Shown one piece after another: positions 22,652-31,839 of a DNA stretch of 32,000 nt. A program made the translations under genes and the position numbers. Within the stretch, counting starts at the first letter, position 1. Each line of letters begins with the position of its first letter. The notes below the pieces were generated by a model. It was not told where the DNA came from and did not search any database. It saw only the letters and a list, made by a program, of their open reading frames with translations. This DNA comes from Propionibacterium ruminifibrarum (GTDB lineage: Bacteria; Actinomycetota; Actinomycetes; Propionibacteriales; Propionibacteriaceae): contig NZ_OMOH01000006.1 of the NCBI RefSeq assembly GCF_900289195.1, positions 90,001 to 122,000 of the forward strand, written 5' to 3'.

Positions 22652-22679
22652 CCCAGAGGGGGCCGCCGGCCGCGTCCGG

Positions 22680-23189
22680 TCAGCTCCTGGCACCCCTGCG
22701 ACGGTGCTCCCTGGCCGTGCCCACGGGTCTCGGCCTGGCCAGGACGAAGACGCAGCCCACGACGGTGAGAACAATACTGATGACCGCCCAGCTCCAGACG
22801 AGGAAGGAGTCGCGGAGGGCGTCGACCATCAGGGTCGAGTTCCCCGCCCACCCGTAGACGAGCTGTACCAGCCCGTCGATGACGAGCAGCAGGGCACCGA
22901 TCCTGGGGGTGCCATGGCTTCGGACGAGTCCGATGACGGCCAGCACGAACAGGACGGCCCCGATCAGGACGGCGGCGAGGGCGAGCAGGAGGATGCCCGC
23001 GTTGGCGGCCTCGGATGTGGCCCCCCTCGTCAGGCGCAGCACGGGGGGGACGATCACGAGGGCGAGCAGGAGGACGGCCGCACCGATGGCGGCGGCGAGG
23101 GCGGCGCGGCTGCGCCGCGGTTCGACGTCGAGCCGGACCGCACCGGCTGCGGACCGCGCCCGCGGGGTCGTCGGGCGGCGAGGACTCAT
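22680..23189 (-). CDS. hypothetical 4-TM membrane protein (paralog B)
   Basis: 169 aa with four hydrophobic helices. The block VLFVLAVIGLVRSHGTPRIGALLLVIDGLVQ parallels VILAVLAVIGLFRDGSTVRIGDVFFIVAAIAD of the upstream gene. Its ATG overlaps the upstream stop (ATGA 23189-23186). Confidence 0.65.
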   Translation of the reverse strand: MSPRRPTTPRARSAAGAVRLDVEPRRSRAALAAAIGAAVLLLALVIVPPVLRLTRGATSEAANAGILLLALAAVLIGAVLFVLAVIGLVRSHGTPRIGALLLVIDGLVQLVYGWAGNSTLMVDALRDSFLVWSWAVISIVLTVVGCVFVLARPRPVGTAREHRRRGARS

Positions 23190-23701
23190 TCGGCTCCGGC
23201 CCGCTCGGCTGCCCCGGCATCACCCCCGTTGTCCTCCGCCCGGTCCGCGCCGCGCTGCGGGGGGACGGCGGGGTACTGCGGTTCGACGGCGCGGGGGGTG
23301 TCCGTGTCGGCGGTCCGGCGGCAGACGAAGAAGATGCCCAGAACGATCGCCGCGTACATGACGACAACGGCGGCGAGCACGGCTGCGCTCACGGGCCGCA
23401 GGGTGTGCGCGGTCAGCTGGACGACGATGGCGTCGGCGATCGCGGCGACGATGAAGAAGACGTCTCCGATGCGCACCGTGCTGCCGTCGCGGAACAGGCC
23501 GATGACGGCCAGAACCGCCAGGATGACCGAGGCGATCACCGAGGGGAAGGCGAGGAAGGGCGCATTGACCGGGGAGAGCAGGCCCCATCCCAGGCCGAGA
23601 CCGATCACGATGGCCAGGGCCGCGGCCAGCAAGGTGGTGCCCGAGCAGAAGGTCGCGGGTTTCCTCGCCGCCTTGGCACCGGGGGAAGAAGTACTCGTCA
23701 T
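23186..23701 (-). CDS. hypothetical 4-TM membrane protein (paralog A)
   Basis: 171 aa from ATG 23701 (MTSTSSPGAKAARKPATF..). The track start at 23911 would overlap the xthA start region and adds an Arg-rich, non-protein-like N-terminus. Acidic/Pro-rich C-terminal tail. Confidence 0.62.
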   Translation of the reverse strand: MTSTSSPGAKAARKPATFCSGTTLLAAALAIVIGLGLGWGLLSPVNAPFLAFPSVIASVILAVLAVIGLFRDGSTVRIGDVFFIVAAIADAIVVQLTAHTLRPVSAAVLAAVVVMYAAIVLGIFFVCRRTADTDTPRAVEPQYPAVPPQRGADRAEDNGGDAGAAERAGAE

Positions 23702-23894
23702 GGCCCCTAGTGTGTCAGCTCGGGGACGGGGCGGGCACAGCACACCCCGTTGGCGGGCCGATCGGGCTGGTCGGCCGGGCGCCTCCGCCCGTGAAGCACT
23801 ACGCTGCCTCACGCGCCACTTCATCCGCATCATCGTTGAGAACAGCACCCGACCCGCCACGGCTTCACGGCAGCCGCTTGACACAGGAGAACTC

Positions 23895-24839
23895 ATGTTG
23901 ACCCTCGCCACCTACAACGTCAATGGGATCCGCGCCGCGCAGCGCCGCGGTTTCGGCGGCTGGGTGAGGCGCCGGTGCCCCGACGTGATCTGCCTGCAGG
24001 AGGTGCGCTGCCCCGCCGACAAGGTGCCGCTCGACGTCTTCGACGGCTACCACGTGGTCTACTGTCCGGGAACGCTGGCGGGCCGCAACGGGGTCGCGGT
24101 CATGACCCGGACACCGGTCGCCGCGGTGCGCACCTGGGGCGGACAGGTCTTCTCGATCGCCGGCGGGCAGTTGTCCCCCGTCGCCCCCGAGCTGGTGGGC
24201 ATGGCCGGCGGCACCCTGGCCCGGCCCCTGGCGGAGTTCGTCGACGAGGGCCGCTACATCGAGGTCGACCTGGCCGACGAGCCGGTCACGGTCGGCTGTC
24301 TCTATCTGCCCAAGGGCGACTCGCTGCTCGCCCCCAGCGTCCGCACGAGGACACCGACCCCGGAGCAGCTGGAGGGCGTGCGAGGCCGTTACGAACGCAA
24401 GATGCGTTTCTTCGAGGGCTTCGGACCCCAGCTCGCCAGGTCCCGCAGGGCCGCGCTGCGGGCCGGCCGCCAGTTCGTCCTCGTCGGCGATTTCAACGTC
24501 GCCCGCGACACGGCGGACGTGAAGAACTGGCGCCCGGCGCAGAAGGCCTCCGGCTTCCTGCCCGAGGAGCGCGCCTGGCTGGCCGAGCAGCTGGGTCCGC
24601 GAACGCTCGTCGACGTGGTGCGCTCACTGCACCCGGACGAGAACGGCCCCTACTCGTGGTGGAGCTGGATGGGCCAGGCCTTCGCCCGGGACACCGGCTG
24701 GCGCATCGACTACCACCTGGCCACACCACGACTCGCGCGAACGGCCGTCAGCGGCACGACCGAGCGGGACGAGGATCCCTCGGCCCGGGTGAGTGATCAC
24801 TGCCCCGTCGTCGTGGAGTACGACACGGCGCAGCTGTGA
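23895..24839 (+). CDS. xthA: exodeoxyribonuclease III (EEP/AP endonuclease family)
   Basis: ATG at 23895 with AGGAGA upstream. Reads MLTLATYNVNGIRAA..VICLQEV..GRNGVAVM..VGDFNVA..WWSW..GWRIDYHL..SDHCPVVVEY. The upstream 463 codons of track ORF 22506..24839 are antisense shadow. Confidence 0.9.
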   Translation: MLTLATYNVNGIRAAQRRGFGGWVRRRCPDVICLQEVRCPADKVPLDVFDGYHVVYCPGTLAGRNGVAVMTRTPVAAVRTWGGQVFSIAGGQLSPVAPELVGMAGGTLARPLAEFVDEGRYIEVDLADEPVTVGCLYLPKGDSLLAPSVRTRTPTPEQLEGVRGRYERKMRFFEGFGPQLARSRRAALRAGRQFVLVGDFNVARDTADVKNWRPAQKASGFLPEERAWLAEQLGPRTLVDVVRSLHPDENGPYSWWSWMGQAFARDTGWRIDYHLATPRLARTAVSGTTERDEDPSARVSDHCPVVVEYDTAQL

Positions 24840-24873
24840 CGCCCCGCAACGGGCGGATCACGGGCCCGGCCCG

Positions 24874-26502
24874 TCAGGCGCCCCGGCTCGTCATGTCGGG
24901 GCTGCTCTGGATCACCAGATGGGCCGCCGTCTCGGGTCTGCGCCCGGGCACCGTGACCGACGAGAGATGCGACCAGGTCATGAACAGGAAGGCGATGACG
25001 GCGGCGATCGAGATCGCCAGTCCGTTGTTGCGCAGGCTCATGTCGATGGCGTCGTAGCCGAGCAGCGCGAAGTTCACCCAGATGGCGATAGAGATCTGGC
25101 GTGAGCTGGGGCGCGCCAGCGGCAATGTCAGGCCGCCCCAGAGCATGTACCAGGAGTGCAGGGCGGGGCTGGCCATCGCGGCGATGAGATAACCCCACGA
25201 GACGAAGGTGGCCGGCCGACGGCGGGCCACCGTCAGGGCCGTGACGGCGAGCAGCACGATGCCGATGCCCAGGAACACCGTGTGGCTGATGTCGACCGCG
25301 GTGCGGCTCGACGGATCGCCGCCGGCAAGACGCAGGCAGAGCTGGACGAGCTGGCCGACGATCGTCGAGGGCGCCGGCGAGTTCGAGCTGCCGGGCACGC
25401 TGACGGCGTTGTACCAGCCGAAGTCCAGCCCCGTCCACAGGCTGATGCCGGCGAACGTGCCGATCGCCACGACCATCGAGACGGCGACCCGGGAGACCGA
25501 GATGAGGCCCTCACGCAGCCCCGGGCCCGACCAGCGGCGGGCCAGCATGGGCACGACGTAGGCGGCGAGCAGGGCCGGCTGCTTGATGGCAGCGCCCACG
25601 CCGCAGGCCACCGCCCCGAGCAGCCACCACCACCCGCCGTCGGACCAGCCGCGGCGGCGGGTCTGCGGGGTGCGGCGGGCGGGCGGGATGGTGGCGAACC
25701 ACAGACCGAGGACGACCAGACCCATCATGAGCGCATCGTTGTGGCAGCCGCCCACGAAGTCGATGATGAGCAGCGGGTTGAGGGTACCGAACCAGGCGGT
25801 GAAGGCCGGGTCGATGTGCAGGCGGGCCGCGATGCGCGGCAGGCAGACGCCGATGAGGACGACGCCGATCAGCGCCGGGATGCGCTGGGCGACGGCCGAC
25901 CAGTACGGGTCGAAGCCGAAGACGTGCAGCAGCAGGTGCGAGATCTGCATCGACAGCGGCCCGTACGGGCTGGGCGTGTCGCGCCAGACCCAGGAGACCT
26001 GGTCGGCGAAGGCGCCCGGAAGCACCCCGGGCCCCGAGTAGTAGGGGTTGATGCCGTTGTGCACGAGCCAGCCCTGCGCCGCGTACGAATAGGCGTCGTG
26101 GCTGAAGATGGGCGGGGCCAGCAGGAAGGGGGCCGACCAGATCGCCAGTACCGCCCAGTGCTTGACGTGCCGGTACACCTGGGGGCCGCGGCTGCGCGAA
26201 CCGGCCTGGGACGAGCGCAGCGGACGCAACGCGAACCAGGCGCTCATCACCAGCAGCAGACCGGCCATCGTGACGACGGTGCCGGTGATCTTCGACAGCG
26301 AGCCCTCCATCCGCAGGGAGGCGAGCATCCGCCACCACGGGGAGCTGCGCGGCAGATAGGCCGGGCTCAACGCGCCGATGGCGATGAGTGCGGTGCCGCA
26401 GAAGCCCCGCCGGACGACGCCCACCCGGGCCGCCGTCACGAGATCGGTCCCGAGACGTCGCAAGACGCCGAACGCACCCAGGGCCACCGAAGACATGCTC
26501 AC
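24874..26502 (-). CDS. GT-C fold integral-membrane glycosyltransferase, polyprenol-phosphate-mannose-dependent mannosyltransferase-like (MptA/MptB/GT87-like)
   Basis: 542 aa with more than 10 hydrophobic helices. First periplasmic loop reads FSHDAYSYAAQGWLVHNGINPYYSGPG..WRDTPSPYGPL, resembling the D-x-Y..NPY..PYGP signature of actinobacterial membrane mannosyltransferases. The start is GTG 26502 or ATG 26496. Confidence 0.7.
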   Translation of the reverse strand: MSMSSVALGAFGVLRRLGTDLVTAARVGVVRRGFCGTALIAIGALSPAYLPRSSPWWRMLASLRMEGSLSKITGTVVTMAGLLLVMSAWFALRPLRSSQAGSRSRGPQVYRHVKHWAVLAIWSAPFLLAPPIFSHDAYSYAAQGWLVHNGINPYYSGPGVLPGAFADQVSWVWRDTPSPYGPLSMQISHLLLHVFGFDPYWSAVAQRIPALIGVVLIGVCLPRIAARLHIDPAFTAWFGTLNPLLIIDFVGGCHNDALMMGLVVLGLWFATIPPARRTPQTRRRGWSDGGWWWLLGAVACGVGAAIKQPALLAAYVVPMLARRWSGPGLREGLISVSRVAVSMVVAIGTFAGISLWTGLDFGWYNAVSVPGSSNSPAPSTIVGQLVQLCLRLAGGDPSSRTAVDISHTVFLGIGIVLLAVTALTVARRRPATFVSWGYLIAAMASPALHSWYMLWGGLTLPLARPSSRQISIAIWVNFALLGYDAIDMSLRNNGLAISIAAVIAFLFMTWSHLSSVTVPGRRPETAAHLVIQSSPDMTSRGA

Positions 26503-26603
26503 AGCGTAGCGGCCGGTGCCCCTGGAACCTGGGAACAGCGCTTGCGACGCGGCTACCGTGAGGAGTGATGCGGCGGGACCGCTGATATGGGGAGTCGTGG
26601 CCG

Positions 26604-28559
26604 GTGGGGCCAGGAACAGTGACGTGTCCCGTCGGCGAGGATCAGATTGTGAGCACCGACCAGACCAGCGCTCAGACCCGGCAGGTCGATCGGGTCGTCA
26701 TCCGGTTCGCGGGCGACTCGGGCACCGGCATGCAACTGGCAGGTGGCCGTTTCGGCTCGGAGTCGGCGGGTTTCGGCAACGACACCACCACCTTCCCGAG
26801 CTACCCGGCCGAGATCAGGGCGCCGCAGGGCACGATCGCCGGTGTCAGCAGCTTCCAGGTCCAGTTCGCGAGCCACGAGGTCACCACTGTCGGCGAGCGT
26901 CTCGACGTACTCGTCGCCATGGGCCCGGCCCCGCTGAGGGCACATGCCGGTGACGTGCGGCGCGGCGGCCTCATCATCGTCGACGACCACGGTTTCACCC
27001 CGCGCGCCCTCAAGAGGGCCGGCTACGAGCACAACCCGCTCGAGGACGACTCGCTGGGGGCCTACCAGGTCGTCCACCTGGACATGACCGCGCTGACCAG
27101 CACCGTCGTCGAGGCCCTCGGTCTGGGCCGCAAACAGGCCGAACGCTGCCGCAACATGTTCGCGCTGGGACTGGTCAGCTGGCTGTACTCCCACCCCATC
27201 GAGGAGACCATCGACTGGATCGACCGCAGATTCGCGTCCCAACCGGACGTCCGCGACGCCAACATCGCCGCCCTCAAGGCGGGCGTGAACTACGGCGAGA
27301 CCGCCGAGCTGTTCACCGTGCGCTACGAGGTACGCCCCGCACCGATGCCGAAGGGCCGCTACCGGCAGATCACGGGCAACACCGCCACCGCGTACGGTCT
27401 CATGGTCGGCGCCCACCGCGCCGGACTGCAGCTGTTCGTCGGCTCCTACCCCATCACCCCGGCGTCCGATCTGCTGCACGAGCTGAGCAGGAGAGCCGGT
27501 TACGGGGTCATCACATTCCAGGCCGAGGACGAGATCGCCGGCATCGGCGCGGCCCTCGGCGCGAGCTTCGGCGGCTCGCTGGGCGTCACCACCACCTCGG
27601 GTCCCGGCTTCGCGCTGAAGCAGGAGATGATCAATCTCGCCGTCATGAGTGAACTGCCGCTGGTCATCGTCGACGTGCAGCGAGCGGGCCCGTCGACCGG
27701 GATGCCCACCAAACCCGAGCAGGGTGATCTCCTGCAGGCCCTGTGGGGCCGTAACGGCGAGTCACCGCTGCCCGTCCTGGCCCCCACCTCCCCCGCCGAC
27801 TGCTTCGACACCGCCGTGCGGGCCTGCCGGACGGCCATCGAGTACCGCACGCCGGTCGTCATGCTCACCGACGCCTTCCTGGGCAACGGCGCAGAACCGT
27901 GGCGTCTTCCCGACCTGGCGGCGATCGCCCCGATCGACCCGAAGCTGGCCGCAGGCCCCATCGGCGTCGACGAGCAGGGCAATCCCGTCCACCTGCCGTA
28001 CCGGCGGGATCCCCGGACGCTGGCCCGCGACTGGGCGGTGCCCGGCACGCCGGGCGCCGAACACCGGCTCGGCGGGCTGGAGAAGTCGGTCGAGGCCGGC
28101 ACCGTCACCTACTCCCCGCTCAATCACGAGGAGATGGTGCTGACCAGGGCCAGGCGCATCGCCGGCATCCCGGTGCCCGACGTCGAGGTGGACGACCCGA
28201 GCGGGCGGGCCGATGTCCTCGTCGTGGGGTGGGGTTCCGCGTGCGGTCCGGTCTCGGCGGCGGTCCAGCGCCTGCGCGGGACGGGAGCCCGCATCGCCCA
28301 GGCGCCGGTGCGGACCCTGAACCCCCTGCCCGCCAACCTCGGGCGGGTGCTGCGCGGCTACGCGCGGGTCATCGTTCCCGAGATGAACCTCGGCCAGTTC
28401 GCGACGCTCCTGCGCGCCCGCTACCTGGTCGATGTCCGGGGTTACAACAAGGTGCGCGGTTTCCCGCTCAACGTGGACGAGCTGACCGCCCACCTGGCCG
28501 GGCAACTCGACGAGGTGTCCGACAGCAGGACCGCACAGACCACGGAGGAATCCCGATGA
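26604..28559 (+). CDS. korA: 2-oxoglutarate/2-oxoacid:ferredoxin oxidoreductase subunit alpha
   Basis: Reads VDRVVIRFAGDSGTGMQLAGGRFGSESAGFGNDTTTFPSYPAEIRAPQGT..YPITPASDLLHEL..FQAEDEIAGIGAALGASFGG..TTTSGPGFALK. The start is GTG 26604 (GGAG 9 nt upstream) or GTG 26649 (GAGG 8 nt upstream). Confidence 0.88.
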   Translation: MGPGTVTCPVGEDQIVSTDQTSAQTRQVDRVVIRFAGDSGTGMQLAGGRFGSESAGFGNDTTTFPSYPAEIRAPQGTIAGVSSFQVQFASHEVTTVGERLDVLVAMGPAPLRAHAGDVRRGGLIIVDDHGFTPRALKRAGYEHNPLEDDSLGAYQVVHLDMTALTSTVVEALGLGRKQAERCRNMFALGLVSWLYSHPIEETIDWIDRRFASQPDVRDANIAALKAGVNYGETAELFTVRYEVRPAPMPKGRYRQITGNTATAYGLMVGAHRAGLQLFVGSYPITPASDLLHELSRRAGYGVITFQAEDEIAGIGAALGASFGGSLGVTTTSGPGFALKQEMINLAVMSELPLVIVDVQRAGPSTGMPTKPEQGDLLQALWGRNGESPLPVLAPTSPADCFDTAVRACRTAIEYRTPVVMLTDAFLGNGAEPWRLPDLAAIAPIDPKLAAGPIGVDEQGNPVHLPYRRDPRTLARDWAVPGTPGAEHRLGGLEKSVEAGTVTYSPLNHEEMVLTRARRIAGIPVPDVEVDDPSGRADVLVVGWGSACGPVSAAVQRLRGTGARIAQAPVRTLNPLPANLGRVLRGYARVIVPEMNLGQFATLLRARYLVDVRGYNKVRGFPLNVDELTAHLAGQLDEVSDSRTAQTTEESR

Positions 28560-29638
28560 GCACCGAGGCGCAGGACCGCACCGGCGGCCGCAACGGACTG
28601 GCGGGGGTCCCCCTGGCACAGATCCCGACCACGCGCAAGGATTTCGTCTCCGACCAGGAGGTCCGCTGGTGTCCCGGGTGCGGTGACTACGCGATCCTGT
28701 CGGCCCTGCAGTCCGTGCTCCCCCGGCTGGGGATCAGGCGGGAGAACACGGTCGTGATCTCGGGCATCGGATGCTCGAGCCGGCTGCCCTACTACGTGAA
28801 CAGCTACGGCATGCACTCGGTTCACGGCCGCGCCCTGACCCTGGCGACGGGCCTGGCCATGACGCGTGACGACCTGGCCGTCTTCGTGGTGACCGGTGAC
28901 GGCGATGCCCTGTCGATCGGTGCGAACCATCTGGTGCATGCCCTGCGACGCAATGTCAACTTGACGATCCTGCTCTTCAACAACCGCATCTACGGCCTGA
29001 CGAAGGGCCAGTACTCCCCCACCTCACCGGCCGGCGCCGTGACGAAGTCGAGCCCTGCGGGGGCGTTCGACACCCCGCTCAACCCGATGAGCCTGGCCCT
29101 CGGCGCCGAGGCGACCTTCGTGGCGCGGACCCTGGACGCCGACCAGGAGGCCCTGGAGGAGACGATCGATGCGGCGGCGAGGCACCGGGGCGCCTCCTTC
29201 GTGGAGATCTACCAGAACTGCGTGGTCTTCAACGACGGTGCCTACGAGGCGCTGCGCGGCCCCGGCCGGGAGGAGTCGATCATCCGGCTGCGGGCCGGCG
29301 AGCCGATCGTCTTCGGCCGTGACGGCCACCTGGGCGTGGTGGCCGATCCCGGCGGCGGGGTCCGCGTCGTGGAGGTCGCCGAGGTCGGGCTCGAGAGCGT
29401 GCTGGTTCACGACCCGACCATCGACGATCCGAGCCGCGCCTTCGCCTTGAGCCGGCTCACCTCGACCGGCGCCATGGCGCAGGCGCCGATGGGCGTCTTC
29501 CGCGACGTGGACCGCCCCGTCTACGACGACCTGGTGCGCGACCACGTCCGCCGGGAGCAGGAGGCCCTGGGCCAGGACCCCAGCTCGGACGCGGCGCTGG
29601 CCGCCCTCATCGCCGGCACCGACACCTGGCAGACCTGA
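28556..29638 (+). CDS. korB: 2-oxoglutarate/2-oxoacid:ferredoxin oxidoreductase subunit beta (TPP-binding)
   Basis: The ATG overlaps the korA stop (ATGA 28556-28559), with GGAGGA upstream. Reads VRWCPGCGDYAILSALQ..ISGIGCSSRLPYYV..VTGDGDALSIGANHLVHALRRNVNLTILLFNNRIYGLTKGQ. Confidence 0.92.
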   Translation: MSTEAQDRTGGRNGLAGVPLAQIPTTRKDFVSDQEVRWCPGCGDYAILSALQSVLPRLGIRRENTVVISGIGCSSRLPYYVNSYGMHSVHGRALTLATGLAMTRDDLAVFVVTGDGDALSIGANHLVHALRRNVNLTILLFNNRIYGLTKGQYSPTSPAGAVTKSSPAGAFDTPLNPMSLALGAEATFVARTLDADQEALEETIDAAARHRGASFVEIYQNCVVFNDGAYEALRGPGREESIIRLRAGEPIVFGRDGHLGVVADPGGGVRVVEVAEVGLESVLVHDPTIDDPSRAFALSRLTSTGAMAQAPMGVFRDVDRPVYDDLVRDHVRREQEALGQDPSSDAALAALIAGTDTWQT

Positions 29639-29702
29639 GGTCCGGCGGCACCGCCACGGCCGGGAGCGGTGCCGTGCGCCGGCGGGCCGAGGCCGCCGCG
29701 AC

Positions 29703-31703
29703 GTGGTGCGGCGCGCCCGGCGCACCGGCCGGGTAACCTTGCTGTCCGTGACCGAACCGGCATTTCATTTCGAGGACTTCGATCTCGGCGTGCCAGCCAC
29801 GCAGGACCTGTTCCGCCATGTCAACGGGACATGGCTGAGCACCGCGGAGATTCCCGCGGATCGCGGTTCCTGGGGCGCCTTCGACAAGCTCCGTGAGGAC
29901 TCCGAACGGGCCGTCCGCGAGATCATCGAGGCCCAGTCGCTCGACGCGGACCCCGCCTCCGACGAGGCGAGAATCGCCGGTCTGTACGCCTCGTTCATGG
30001 CCGAGGACGCCGTCGAGGCGGCCGGCATGGCCCCCCTGACGCCGATCCTCGAACGCATCGACGCCATCGGCAGCATCGAGGACCTGGCCCGGTTCTGGGG
30101 CTGGAGCGCCCGCCACGGCATCGACGTGCCGCTCGACATGGACAACGACTCCGACCCCGGAGACCCGGACCGCTATCTCATGTTCGTCGGCCAGTCGGGC
30201 ATCGGACTGCCCGACGAGGAGTACTACCGGCTCGACGAGCATGCCGCGCTCCGCGAGGCGTACCGGGCCCACATCGCGAGGAGCCTCGAGCTGGCCGGCG
30301 TGCCCCATGCCGCCGAGCAGGCCGAGGCCGCCTACGGGCTGGAACGCGACATCGCGGCCTGCCACTGGGACAAGGTCCGCACCCGCGACATGGTCGAGAT
30401 GTACCACCTGCAGACCTGGGAGCAGTTCTGCGCCGAGAGCCCGGCCCTGTGCTGGGACGCCTTCCTCGACGGCGCGCAGCTGCCCGCCGCGGCGGTCGCC
30501 GAGGTCGTCAACTGCAACCGCACCGTCCCGGCCGCCATCGCCGAACTGGTCCGGCCCGACAGGCTCGACGACTGGCGCAGCTGGGCGCGCTGGCAGGTCG
30601 TCAACGCCCTCACCCCGTACCTGACGCGCGAACTGGTGACTGCCGGTTTCGAGTTCTACTCCAAGACCCTGCACGGGATACCAACCCAGCGGCCGCGCTG
30701 GAAGCGGGGCGTCGCACTGACCGAGGGAGTTCTCGGCGAGGCGATCGGCCGGCTCTACGTCGCGCGGTACTTCCCGCCCGAGACGAAGGCGGCCGCCGAC
30801 CGGCTCGTCGCCAATCTTCTTCAGGCCTACCGGGACTCGATCAGCGGGCTCGACTGGATGACCGATACGACCCGCGCCGAGGCCCTCGACAAGCTGGACA
30901 AGTTCCGCACCAAGATCGGCTACCCGTCCCGCTGGCGCGACTACTCGGCCCTCGAGATCCGCACCGACGACCTGGTCGGCAACGTGCTGCGCGCCGAGTC
31001 CTTCGAGTTCGACCACACCATCGACCAGCTCTCCGGCCCGGTCGACCGCGAGGAGTGGTTCATGTACCCGCAGACGGTGAACGCCTACTACCACCCGCTG
31101 CGCAACGAGATCGTCTTCCCGGCCGCCATCCTGCAGCCCCCGTTCTTCAACCCGGCGGCCGACGACGCCGTGAACTACGGCGGGATCGGCGCGGTGATCG
31201 GCCATGAGATCGGCCACGGCTTCGACGACCAGGGGGCCACGTGTGACGGCGACGGCCGCCTGCGCAACTGGTGGACCGATGAGGACCGCGCCGCGTTCAA
31301 GGACCGCACCGGCGCGCTCGTCGCGCAGTACGACGCGCTGTCGCCCACCGGCATCGACGACGCCCACGTCAACGGCGAGCTGACGATCGGCGAGAACATC
31401 GGCGATCTGGGTGGCCTGTCCATCGCCTACCGGGCCTGGCGGATCTCCACCGGCGGCACCGAGCCCGAACCGATCGACGATCTCACTGGCGCCCAGCGCC
31501 TCTTCCTCGGCTGGGCCCAGGTCTGGCAGGACCTCTCGCGCCCCGAGCAGCTCCGTCAGCGCCTGGCGACCGACCCGCACGCCCCCGACGAGATCCGCTG
31601 CAACCAGGTGGCGAGGAACGTCGACGCCTTCCACGAGGCCTTCGGCACCGAGCCGGGCGACGGCATGTGGCTCGACCCCGCTGAGCGCGTGCACATCTGG
31701 TGA
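29703..31703 (+). CDS. M13 family zinc metallopeptidase (neprilysin/PepO-like endopeptidase)
   Basis: Reads DLFRHVNGTWL, NAYYHPLRNEIVFPAAILQPPFF, GGIGAVIGHEIGHGFDDQG (HExxH) and GENIGDLGGL (ENxADxGG-type). The start is GTG 29703 or GTG 29748. Confidence 0.9.
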   Translation: MVRRARRTGRVTLLSVTEPAFHFEDFDLGVPATQDLFRHVNGTWLSTAEIPADRGSWGAFDKLREDSERAVREIIEAQSLDADPASDEARIAGLYASFMAEDAVEAAGMAPLTPILERIDAIGSIEDLARFWGWSARHGIDVPLDMDNDSDPGDPDRYLMFVGQSGIGLPDEEYYRLDEHAALREAYRAHIARSLELAGVPHAAEQAEAAYGLERDIAACHWDKVRTRDMVEMYHLQTWEQFCAESPALCWDAFLDGAQLPAAAVAEVVNCNRTVPAAIAELVRPDRLDDWRSWARWQVVNALTPYLTRELVTAGFEFYSKTLHGIPTQRPRWKRGVALTEGVLGEAIGRLYVARYFPPETKAAADRLVANLLQAYRDSISGLDWMTDTTRAEALDKLDKFRTKIGYPSRWRDYSALEIRTDDLVGNVLRAESFEFDHTIDQLSGPVDREEWFMYPQTVNAYYHPLRNEIVFPAAILQPPFFNPAADDAVNYGGIGAVIGHEIGHGFDDQGATCDGDGRLRNWWTDEDRAAFKDRTGALVAQYDALSPTGIDDAHVNGELTIGENIGDLGGLSIAYRAWRISTGGTEPEPIDDLTGAQRLFLGWAQVWQDLSRPEQLRQRLATDPHAPDEIRCNQVARNVDAFHEAFGTEPGDGMWLDPAERVHIW

Positions 31704-31839
31704 CACCGGCCGATCGGGCGCCGGCAGCCCCGCTGTCCGTACCGGTCGGTGGCGATGACGATTCTGGACATCCCTGGATCGTGTCGTCATGTCATGTCAT
31801 ACTGCGGAGTCAGCCCCGAAAAACGTTCAGGAGTGATCC

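Noticed and set aside
22535-22668. Possible CRISPR array
   Set aside because: The repeats are directly abutting with no spacers. The units are degenerate and only 22-24 bp, and no cas genes are nearby.
22506-23894. Upstream 463 codons of the 777-aa + strand ORF
   Set aside because: Only the last 314 codons (from ATG 23895 with its RBS) form ExoIII. The upstream part is antisense to the two 4-TM genes. It begins inside the non-coding repeat array next to tRNA-Tyr.
25156-26568. 470-aa + strand ORF
   Set aside because: Antisense shadow of the GT-C membrane glycosyltransferase. Extremely Arg/Gly/Asp-rich.
26553-27479. 308-aa - strand ORF
   Set aside because: Antisense shadow of korA.
29607-31790. 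727-aa - strand ORF
   Set aside because: Antisense shadow of the M13 peptidase, which carries HEIGH and other family motifs on the + strand.
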